Made by a program: the position numbers and the translations under genes. DNA of 32,000 bases, taken from the NCBI GenBank assembly GCA_002794465.1, contig MTSL01000142.1, positions 11,928 through 43,927 on the forward strand, in the 5' to 3' direction. This DNA comes from Paramicrosporidium saccamoebae KSL3 (Eukaryota > Fungi > Cryptomycota). This document shows, one piece after another, positions 1-7,718 of this stretch; position 1 is the stretch's first letter; every line of letters begins with the position of its first letter. Below the pieces are notes generated by a model. It was not told the origin of the DNA. It ran no database searches and saw only the letters and a list, made by a program, of their open reading frames with translations.

Positions 1-438
1 TCCGATTGTGGCCACCATTCCACCGCGTCCCCAAATGTCCTTAACTACCTGTGCCACGCGTCGACCGGCAAAATCAAACATTGCTCCGGGACCTCCCACG
101 AAAACAACTGCCTGGAACCGACCCAAATCAAAGGCGCCCATCCGATCAGTGCACTTTGTCCATTGCATCGCACACGGGTCCGCCAGGAATGCCTGCACTT
201 CCTCCTCGTGCTCCGAGGCTTTAAGGGAAGAGGGATCGATAGTGCATTCCCCACCTGACGGGCTTGCCAAGTTCACTTCGAGACCCAATGTCTTTTGGAA
301 GTACTGATAGGCAAGGGCGGCCTCTTTGACGTCATAGCCAGTGCGACGGGATTCGTTACTGGTAGGGTCGCCGGCGGGTTGCAGCTCTTTCGTGTTTGTC
401 AGAACAATCAATACAGCCTTTCCATGATCAACCGTCAT
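1..438 (-). CDS. DJ-1/PfpI (Hsp31-like, class I GATase fold) protein, paralogue A; 3' end runs off the window
   Basis: Missed by the ORF track because it has no stop in the window. Manual translation from ATG 438: MTVDHGKAVLIVLTNTKEL...RTGYDVKEAALAY...LASPSGGECTIDPSS...AVVFVGGPGAMFDF...MVATIG. Collinear with the paralogues at 4029-4907 and 5105-5830. Confidence 0.9.
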   Translation of the reverse strand, partial: MTVDHGKAVLIVLTNTKELQPAGDPTSNESRRTGYDVKEAALAYQYFQKTLGLEVNLASPSGGECTIDPSSLKASEHEEEVQAFLADPCAMQWTKCTDRMGAFDLGRFQAVVFVGGPGAMFDFAGRRVAQVVKDIWGRGGMVATIG

Positions 439-564
439 TGCCACAGTCAACAATGGCCGTAATTGTGGTCGTGGATCTGCCCTCTTATGGGATTCTCAAA
501 GTCTATCATGTTTATTAAAAAACTGATCGATCCCCCTTGGTAAAAGTCTTTTAGATTAAATCGA

Positions 565-1691
565 ATGACTGAGGTTGTCTGTACTGCTCCTGGAAAAGTA
601 ATCTTATTTGGTGAACATTCAATACTCTACGGCAGTGTATCAATATTACAGCAACATTGATATTTCGGTAGAAAGCCATTGCCTGTGCAATAGACTTGAA
701 GACTACTGTCAAAGTGTCGTCTCTTGGGAAATTGCGGAATGCAGAGATTCATTTACTTGACCTGACTGCTGACCCAGTTATACTATCTTTTGACGCTGCC
801 GAGCCAAACCACGAAAAATATGAGAATGACATGGTCAAGTCGTCTTGTCTGTCCATCCTCCATCTGATTCATGCTATCAACATAAGGTAGAAATTGCATC
901 CCAGCGGTCATTTCAGATGTGGCATAAAGATTATTGTCTCCTCTGAAATACCTATCGGTTCTGGACTTGGTTCGTCTGCCGCATTCAGCGTGGCACTCTC
1001 CACCGCCCTCCTTACTCACCACCACGGCGACATTGTCGATCAGAGTAAAGTCACCCTGTTGGCGAGGGAGGCGGAGCAGTTTTTCCATGGTAGGCCTTCT
1101 GGCCTGGATACAAGCACCGTGGAGAATGGTGGTATGACAGTAGCCGAGTCGGGTGTATTTCGAAAGATTCATGGCCATGACTTGGACTTTAATATTCTGA
1201 TCATAAATACCGCACTCCCAAGGGATACCAAATATATGGTCAACAAGGTGGCCAAATCGCTTCAGGTCGCACAGTTTGCAATTATAATGATTTAGAATTG
1301 CACCAACACTTCGGACGCAATGAAGAATTTGACGTCTGTGGCAAATAGTGGAGTAGATTGTATTCTCAACCACGACTATCATAGTCTTCCCCCGCTCATA
1401 GAGGCAAGTCCATGCGCAAGACTCATCCCTTAGGCTGCTCAGAAATTTCTTGGCAAAATTGGAGCCTCAAACTCGGATATAGACGAGTTATGCGGGACGC
1501 TCAATAACAAGTTTGATCTTTGTTGCAAAATATCTGGGGCTGGAGGGGGTGGGTGTTTGATATCTGTGGCCATCCCTAAAAGTCTCACAGTGAACGAGAT
1601 TCGACAGGAGACTGTCAAAATACGTTCCAATTCTTCAGTCTATATATTAGAGCCCACTCCTGTTGGTGTTTCTATCACAATAACTAAATAA
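565..1691 (+). CDS. ERG12: Mevalonate kinase (GHMP kinase), 5 exons, about 333 aa
   Basis: APGKVILFGEHS, PIGSGLGSSAA, HGRPSGLD and KISGAGGGGC motifs. Introns 637-671, 887-916, 1273-1302 and 1404-1433 (GC-AG) restore one reading frame. Confidence 0.93.
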
Positions 1692-1700
1692 AACAAAAAG

Positions 1701-1727
1701 TGCGACTTCTGTGGATTGAACACAGGG

Positions 1728-1766
<39 letters not shown>

Positions 1767-1773
1767 AAGTCGC
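1701..1773 (-). tRNA. trnF-GAA: tRNA-Phe (GAA), intronless
   Basis: Reverse complement GCGACTT TA GCTC AGTTGGGA GAGC G TCAGA CTGAAGA TCTGA AGGCC CTGTG TTCAATC CACAG AAGTCGC A forms a full cloverleaf. A T5 Pol III terminator follows at 1695-1699. Confidence 0.97.
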
Positions 1774-1814
1774 AACTGACAATGTAAAATTGTAATGTTG
1801 ATATAAATTATTTT

Positions 1815-3161
1815 TTATAGCAACGCAGTTCCATTGACAAATACCGTGCGTATCCATCTGTCGTCACCCAAGAATACAAATCGATGTAGGGATTGTTCAA
1901 GAGTTTCGTGCTGATGACGTATGGATGGACAATTGGTCATATCGACCAATAGGGCGTCAAAGAAGTTGCCCTCTTCAAAGCTGCCCACATCTATACTCAA
2001 GGCTTCTGCTCCGCCCCGAGTTGCCAAAAAGAAGGCCTCACTTACTGTGAGCGGCTTACTCTTTTGATCGCTAAAGTGCAGCGTCTTGGATGCAATGATG
2101 GCTTGACGCATGGCGTCCAAGATGGAGAGACCATATCCACCGGATACGTCACTGCCCAGTCCCACAGGGATACCTGCGGCGGCCAACGCTCTGAGATCTG
2201 CAACACCACTGTTCAGAGCAAAGTTGGACGTGGGACAGTGTGAGACGGCGGTTCCGCTGTTTGAAAGAAGCGCGCGTTGAGCTTCATTCAAGTGTACACA
2301 ATGGGCGAGGAATGTTTTTCTTGTTAACAATCCGACAGAAGAGTAGATGGAGGCATAGTTGTGGCACTCGGGGAATAACTCTTTGGAAAACTGAATCTCG
2401 TCAAGGTTTTCCGACATGTGTGTTTGGATGTGCACGTCTGTCGAGATGGCAATTTCAGCCAACTTTTCCATAGAATCACGTGAACAAGTCAGTGCAAAGC
2501 GCGGCGTCACTACAGGCAGAACTCGGCCCGGGATCTCAAGAGATGCGTCGCACTTTTTCACGTATTCGACAAATTCACGAGTAGCCTGGACAGAGTCTGC
2601 AGTGCTCTCCACATAGTCTGACGGGGAGTTGCAATCCATGCAGGTTTTTCCTATGAGTGCACGTTGTCCCAGCTGGACGACCTGCTGCACCAACACTCGA
2701 TTTGCTTCAGCATGCAACCCACCAAAATAACAGCATGTGGTTGTTCCGTATCGTAGATAGTGTCGCACCATGTGTCCATAAATGTGTGCGACACGGGCAT
2801 TGTGTTCCGAGGGCGACTCGTGGGGCTGACGGGCGTAGGAGCGTTCTTCAGGAAAGGTCACCTTTTGCAGCCATTCAAGGAGAGTGTAATCGAGTCCTAG
2901 GCCGAGGTTCCGATATTGCGGCGCATGAGTATGCATATCAATGAATCCTGGTGTCAGGAACTGTTCGGGAGACAATTTTACCAGCTTGTGGTCAGTGGAA
3001 AGTGTAGTGATGGCAGTCTGAAGGGCCTCGGCGGATTCAAATTGCTGAACGCTGTTTATTCTCCCCGTCTGGTCATCAACACTAACCATTCCATGGTTGA
3101 TAAAGTCCACTTTGGAAAATGACTTTGGATTGATAAAGGCTCCCACATAGACTGTAATCAT
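1815..3161 (-). CDS. GUD1: Guanine deaminase (amidohydrolase superfamily), 448 aa
   Basis: PGFIDMHTHAPQY, VTPRFA, HIQTHMSEN, LAHCVHL, HCPTSN and GLGSDVSGG motifs in a single ORF. Confidence 0.95.
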   Translation of the reverse strand: MITVYVGAFINPKSFSKVDFINHGMVSVDDQTGRINSVQQFESAEALQTAITTLSTDHKLVKLSPEQFLTPGFIDMHTHAPQYRNLGLGLDYTLLEWLQKVTFPEERSYARQPHESPSEHNARVAHIYGHMVRHYLRYGTTTCCYFGGLHAEANRVLVQQVVQLGQRALIGKTCMDCNSPSDYVESTADSVQATREFVEYVKKCDASLEIPGRVLPVVTPRFALTCSRDSMEKLAEIAISTDVHIQTHMSENLDEIQFSKELFPECHNYASIYSSVGLLTRKTFLAHCVHLNEAQRALLSNSGTAVSHCPTSNFALNSGVADLRALAAAGIPVGLGSDVSGGYGLSILDAMRQAIIASKTLHFSDQKSKPLTVSEAFFLATRGGAEALSIDVGSFEEGNFFDALLVDMTNCPSIRHQHETLEQSLHRFVFLGDDRWIRTVFVNGTALL

Positions 3162-3306
3162 TCCAATATTCTGACTGCTCTATCGCTGATATCCCGGTTA
3201 TCGGGCCCAATGCTCCTAAATCCGGCTCGAATAATCACATCCGGTTTTAAATCATAACTCTCGGGTTAAAATCATAATAGCTGGCTTATAAGACCCCCTT
3301 TTAATG

Positions 3307-3360
3307 CCTGACTTGTAACACCCGACTTGTAGTGCCCGACTTTTAATAGCCGACTTGTAA
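3307..3360. repeat. Degenerate 14-bp tandem repeat (core CCGACTTGTAA) x4 in the GUD1/DTD1 divergent promoter
   Basis: Units start at 3307 (cctgacttgtaa), 3321 (cccgacttgtag), 3335 (cccgacttttaa) and 3349 (gccgacttgtaa). Confidence 0.8.
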
Positions 3361-3384
3361 TCATAATACTTTGCTATTTACATT

Positions 3385-3396
3385 AAATCCCTGGCC
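3385..3396 (+). promoter_or_regulatory. Candidate core-promoter motif AAATCCCTGGCC directly before the DTD1 ATG; recurs at other gene starts
   Basis: AAATCCCWGG also at 16364, 19291 and 31287 (minus). CCCTGGCC or its reverse complement also at 6914, 10311, 12283, 19295 and 19361. All lie upstream of start codons. Confidence 0.55.
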
Positions 3397-3880
3397 ATGC
3401 GGATCGTCCTGCAACGTGTCTCTCGTGCTTCCGTCACCGGTACCCCCCCAGTTGTCCTCTTATTTTTCAGTCAATGAACAGGTGGTTGGATCCATACAAA
3501 AGGGCGTTTGTTTGCTGATAGGAATACATCGTCAAGACACTCTCGAAGATGCCTCCATACTGGTCAAAAAGATTCTCAAACTGCGTCTCTGGCCTACAGA
3601 CCGGCAATGGCAAGCCAACTTGAGCGAAATTGACGGTTCAGTCCTGGCAGTGTCCCAGTTTACGCTGTATGCCATCACAGACAAGGGAGCCAAGCCGAAT
3701 TTCTACGATGCGATGGGGACAGAGGAGGCACGCACAATGTTTAACCAGATAGTCCAGATGCTCAGAGAGAGTCTTCCGGGAAGGGTGGAGACGGGCGCGT
3801 TTGGCGAGCTAATGAACGTAGACATTTGCAACGACGGACCCGTCACCTTGGTCCTAGAATCCAGATGTAACGCTCAGTGA
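3397..3880 (+). CDS. DTD1: D-aminoacyl-tRNA deacylase, 2 exons, 150 aa
   Basis: MRIVLQRVSRASVTV after removing intron 3440-3470; SQFTL and NDGPVT motifs. Confidence 0.95.
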
Positions 3881-3917
3881 GAGAATTAATAATAATAAAT
3901 GATCATATCCCCAACCT

Positions 3918-3982
3918 CAAGTCCCAATGGCAAGCTCCAATGGCAAGTTCCAGTGACAAGCTCCGGTGGCAAGTTCCAATGG
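3918..3982. repeat. 13-bp tandem repeat CAAG(C/T)TCCARTGG x5 between convergent genes
   Basis: caagtcccaatgg / caagctccaatgg / caagttccagtga / caagctccggtgg / caagttccaatgg. Confidence 0.85.
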
Positions 3983-4028
3983 CAATGGGCATTTATTGAA
4001 GCAAGTCTTTTACGTCGATTCGTGGCGG

Positions 4029-4907
4029 TTAGCGACGGATCTGTTCGATAATCTTGCTGACAAACTCGTGGATAGAGGGCGCATTCTGGGCCGTGATTAA
4101 ACGCTCGTCAATGACAACATTGGTCTCGAACGGCTTCTTGATCTCAGTCTTGGCACCACGCTCCTTCACACGCTCTTCTAGATAGAAAGGCAGATACTTT
4201 TCATAGCCCGTCTGTCGCTCCTCCTCCTTGGAGAAGCAGGTGATCCGCTTACCCTTAATCAACCAATCGCCACGTCGCTCCATGCGCACATTGAGCAGGC
4301 CAGCAACTCCATGCCCAATGGCTGCCACAACACCATTGCGCTTGTAAATCTCGGCAATGGTACAGGCAACATCGTCATGTTCTGGAAGATCAAACATGGC
4401 TCCATGACCACCGGGGAGGATGACCATCTTGAACTCTTCAGGCTTCACCCAACTGATGGGAACAGTATGGCCCATCTTGGCGATAAAGTCGCGCTCATCT
4501 CGCAGATTATCACGGAGCTTAGAGTCCTTCTCAATACGTTCCATGGAGAGCGGATCGGCAGCAACGGGTCCACCACGAGGGGTAGCAAAGACAAGCTCCA
4601 TGTTGTACTGCTTCTTCAGTGTCATCCAAATGTAGCCCAACTCAAAGACATCCACACCAGTAGGCTGATGGCTGGCACCAAAGGTCGTCTCAGTGCCCTG
4701 GATGGCAGAGTAGTTGGTGGGCGGATCCATAATGGTGGGCTGCGAGGGCAGCCACGCAGAGGGAGATCCAGGCACAACGGGTCCGTTTTCGTTGTTCATA
4801 GAGGTCGTTCCATCCTGGGAAAGACGACGTCCGCCACGGCCCGACTTGGGCAAATAGGCCTCGTTGGTGAGGATAATTAGGGCCTTCTTGTTTGCTAGGT
4901 TTTCCAT
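4029..4907 (-). CDS. DJ-1/PfpI (Hsp31-like) protein, paralogue B, with about 50-aa N-terminal loop insertion
   Basis: ATG at 4907 (MENLANKKALIILTN; the track start 4931 is TTG). TGVDVFE, ATPRGG, LPGGHGAMFDL, AAIGHG and LITAQN motifs. Confidence 0.92.
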   Translation of the reverse strand: MENLANKKALIILTNEAYLPKSGRGGRRLSQDGTTSMNNENGPVVPGSPSAWLPSQPTIMDPPTNYSAIQGTETTFGASHQPTGVDVFELGYIWMTLKKQYNMELVFATPRGGPVAADPLSMERIEKDSKLRDNLRDERDFIAKMGHTVPISWVKPEEFKMVILPGGHGAMFDLPEHDDVACTIAEIYKRNGVVAAIGHGVAGLLNVRMERRGDWLIKGKRITCFSKEEERQTGYEKYLPFYLEERVKERGAKTEIKKPFETNVVIDERLITAQNAPSIHEFVSKIIEQIRR

Positions 4908-4940
4908 TTGGTATCTGGATGGCTCAGCCAAGCACGTCCC

Positions 4941-5024
4941 TTTATATGCCTCGACTCATATACAATCACTGCATTTATCACACTGATTTCAATGTACACT
5001 GATAAATTGCCGTGGAGTATAAAA
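4941..5024. promoter_or_regulatory. Divergent promoter with two TATA boxes serving DJ-1 paralogues B and C
   Basis: TATAAA on the minus strand at 4941-4946 and TATAAAA on the plus strand at 5018-5024, each pointing at its gene. Confidence 0.6.
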
Positions 5025-5104
5025 GGCGTCTTGTTCAGACCCTCCCGTACCCGAGCCAAGCTCGATAATTCACCACGAACTACCTAAAAAGCTTTGTCGA
5101 CAAA

Positions 5105-5830
5105 ATGTCCCACTCCCACAGCCACGTTCTCGTCGTCCTCACCAACACCCGTGACCTGCCCTCCACCGGTCGTGATACTGAAGATGCCAACCCCCGCACC
5201 GGTTTTGATGTCAAGGAAGTCGCTTATCTTTACGAGTGTCTGACCAAGGAGCACAAGATTGAGCTCATCTTTGCCTCCCCCAAGGGTGGTGAGGCCTACA
5301 TTGATCCCTGCAGCATGGATGCCAGTCGCAATGACGAGATTGTCGCAAAGTTCATGAAGGATCAGGACGCCATGCAGAAGATCAAGAACACCAAGAAGCT
5401 CCGTGATGTCCGCAGTCAAAAGTTCCTGGGTGCCGTCTTCCCCGGCGGTGCTGGTGTGTTGATCGACTTGCCCAACGAGTCCATGGTCAACGACATTGTC
5501 CAGGAAATCTATCCCCGTCACGAGGGATTCATTGCTGCCATTGGTCACGGTCTTGCCGCCCTGTTGAACGTCAAGAGCGAAAAGGGCGACTTGTGGCTCC
5601 GGGGCAAGCGCGTCACCTGTCAGACATTAGAAGAAGAGAAGGAGCTGAAGCTGGAGCGTGCCCTCCCCTTCATGATCGAGGACAAGCTCAAGCAGATTGG
5701 TGCCAAATTTGAAAAGGCCACCAAATTCCAACCTTACGTCGTTGAGGATGAGCGTCTCATCACTGCCCAGAACAACTACTCGGTCAAGGAGTGGGTTACT
5801 GCAATTAAGCGCCATTGTCGTATGAACTAA
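5105..5830 (+). CDS. DJ-1/PfpI (Hsp31-like) protein, paralogue C, 241 aa
   Basis: TGFDVKE, ASPKGGEAYIDP, FPGGAG, AAIGHG and LITAQN motifs. Many C-ending codons suggest high expression. Confidence 0.93.
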   Translation: MSHSHSHVLVVLTNTRDLPSTGRDTEDANPRTGFDVKEVAYLYECLTKEHKIELIFASPKGGEAYIDPCSMDASRNDEIVAKFMKDQDAMQKIKNTKKLRDVRSQKFLGAVFPGGAGVLIDLPNESMVNDIVQEIYPRHEGFIAAIGHGLAALLNVKSEKGDLWLRGKRVTCQTLEEEKELKLERALPFMIEDKLKQIGAKFEKATKFQPYVVEDERLITAQNNYSVKEWVTAIKRHCRMN

Positions 5831-6050
5831 ATAGTGGCTCTTACTTGCCAATAAACGCCCACTAGCCATCCCTAGGAGTGTAAAGCGAAGAATGTGGAGA
5901 GGGGTTCGATGGTAATTTTTTGATCCGATCACGGGTTGATGTTAAGTAAACTTCCCTCCGTCTTATCCAAAGAATGCATCCTCGGTTATGCCTTCACTGC
6001 GCAACAGATGACAAAAGATTTTGAGCACACACTCTAGACTACAGCACGCA

Positions 6051-6923
6051 TTAGATTGCAACTTGCTTGCTTGTCACCAAATAATCAGCAGTCTTGCCAA
6101 GCTCACTTAATAATGAGTCGTAGTATTTTCGATACAGTTCGCTGTCGATATCGACTGGCTGATCTGACCTCATGAGCCAAACATGGCACAGCTCGAGATT
6201 ACCAATAAGCGAGTCTCTCAAAAAAACGGGACAATTGGGTTGAAGAATAATTTTGTTACAGGCCGAGGCAATATGCTGTTTCGCCTTGAGATTAGATGTC
6301 GTCATTAGGGCTTGACCAAGTCGAAGACAGAGCTTGGACCAGCTGATATGCTCCAATTCAAAGGTAACAACCTCGCTCATGGCATCTGCAAGTGTCCACA
6401 GAACCTTTCCGGGGAGATCAGATCTCTTCAGAATCATATCTGCTAGGCTAGTAAAACAATCAAGACGCTCGGCTGGCAATTTCGCACTCAGGCGGGTCAG
6501 AGCAGGTAGCAATTCAAACCTCACACTGCCTCCAATCCTCATAATGCGATCTACTACAGTTTCGAGAAAGTCGATCATCTGAGGGGATGAACAGTCCTCC
6601 TTGGTCGCCATCTCCGCGAGCACCCAAAGTACTTTTTCAAGAACCTCCACATTCATTTCCGCCAGTGAGATTCCAAGAACTGCACGGACAACATCTCCTT
6701 TGATATATTCTCCAAGTTTACTCCATACTTGAAACATTATTTGCAATGCAGACAAACAAAACGCCCTCTCTCCAACCAGATTGGCCATCCTCCCCAACCA
6801 CCTCACCGAATCCCTCCAATAATCCACATCCTGCACTCCCCCCGCCAGGACCGACAGTGCCTCTCTGATAGTCTCCAATCCCTTTTGATATCCATCCATT
6901 TTGGCGGGCTTCACCCTGGCCAT
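6051..6923 (-). CDS. Unknown alpha-helical (HEAT/ARM-like) protein; true start may be ATG 6899
   Basis: Uninterrupted 290-codon ORF with Leu-rich amphipathic helices, filling the gap between known genes. No family recognised. Confidence 0.65.
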   Translation of the reverse strand: MARVKPAKMDGYQKGLETIREALSVLAGGVQDVDYWRDSVRWLGRMANLVGERAFCLSALQIMFQVWSKLGEYIKGDVVRAVLGISLAEMNVEVLEKVLWVLAEMATKEDCSSPQMIDFLETVVDRIMRIGGSVRFELLPALTRLSAKLPAERLDCFTSLADMILKRSDLPGKVLWTLADAMSEVVTFELEHISWSKLCLRLGQALMTTSNLKAKQHIASACNKIILQPNCPVFLRDSLIGNLELCHVWLMRSDQPVDIDSELYRKYYDSLLSELGKTADYLVTSKQVAI

Positions 6924-6925
6924 TC

Positions 6926-7271
6926 ATGCAACCCGAGGTGGACCCAGCTATCGCGGCAGTGCCCGTGGTGAAGGAAGAGGCTCGAGTGCAAATTAAGAAT
7001 GTGGATATGCCAGAGGAGATGCAGCAGCGGGCTGTGGAGCTAGCAAAGGAAGCCGTACAGCCAAATGCCAGCCCCAGAGAGATTGCAGGAACCATCAAGC
7101 GCGAGTTTGATAAAATTTACGGCCCTGCCTGGCATTGCATTGTAGGCAAGGCCTTTGGTAGCTTTGTTACCCACGGTACACGGTCTGGGTTATCCTGAGT
7201 TTATAGAATCGCACTGCTTTATATTTTTCTACCTCGATAACTGGGCCATCATGTTGTTCAAGACTGCTTAA
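6926..7271 (+). CDS. DYN2: Dynein light chain LC8, 2 exons, 104 aa
   Basis: IKNVDMPEEMQ...IKREFDKIYGPAWHCIVGKAFGSFVTH|ESHCFIFFYLDNWAIMLFKTA; intron 7176-7206. Confidence 0.95.
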
Positions 7272-7718
7272 TTATTAACTGTGGGGGTTTGTAGTAAAGA
7301 TCCTTTATTGAGGGTTTTGATCCATTACATATTGTGACGTTAGTAATTATTGCGTGATGAACCAATTTGCGTCCAGGAGATGATAATCTATAGTGAAAGT
7401 ATGACCGGATGAAATAATTTACCATATAAAACACGATCTATATTGAATAAAAGCTCTCGCTAGGCGGATGCGACGGCAGGTAAAAGAGCCCTCCCGTCAT
7501 ACCTGGTCCATAGTTGTACTATTTCAGTAATAAAAATCTTTATATGTAAACCATGGATACGATAAATGGTGATACGTGATGGCATGTGATTATTAACTCA
7601 TTATCTCACAACAAGGCATGATATACTCTCATATTATCGCATCCCCACAGTCTCACACACTCACGCTGCATTTCCAATGTTTATTCATCTTATTGATACG
7701 TTTATATTATAAGCGCGC

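Noticed and set aside
8-307. Plus-strand ORF 8-307 and other long antisense or alternate-frame ORFs (783-1382, 4311-4880, 5084-5548, 11314-11997, 12239-12691 and others)
   Set aside because: They overlap well-supported genes on the opposite strand or frame, carry no motifs, and are shadows of biased codon usage.
3918-3982. CRISPR-like appearance of short repeats (also 3307-3360 and 9517-9600)
   Set aside because: Units are contiguous with no unique spacers, there are no cas genes, and the context is eukaryotic.
565-5830. Possible functional gene cluster (mevalonate kinase, guanine deaminase, DTD1, DJ-1 paralogues)
   Set aside because: No shared pathway, and adjacency is expected at this gene density. 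Only the DJ-1 paralogy is supported.
7354-7500. Possible box C/D snoRNA (GTGATGA at 7354) and a hairpin near 7470-7500
   Set aside because: No CTGA D box at a suitable distance, no terminal stem, and no recognisable rRNA antisense element.
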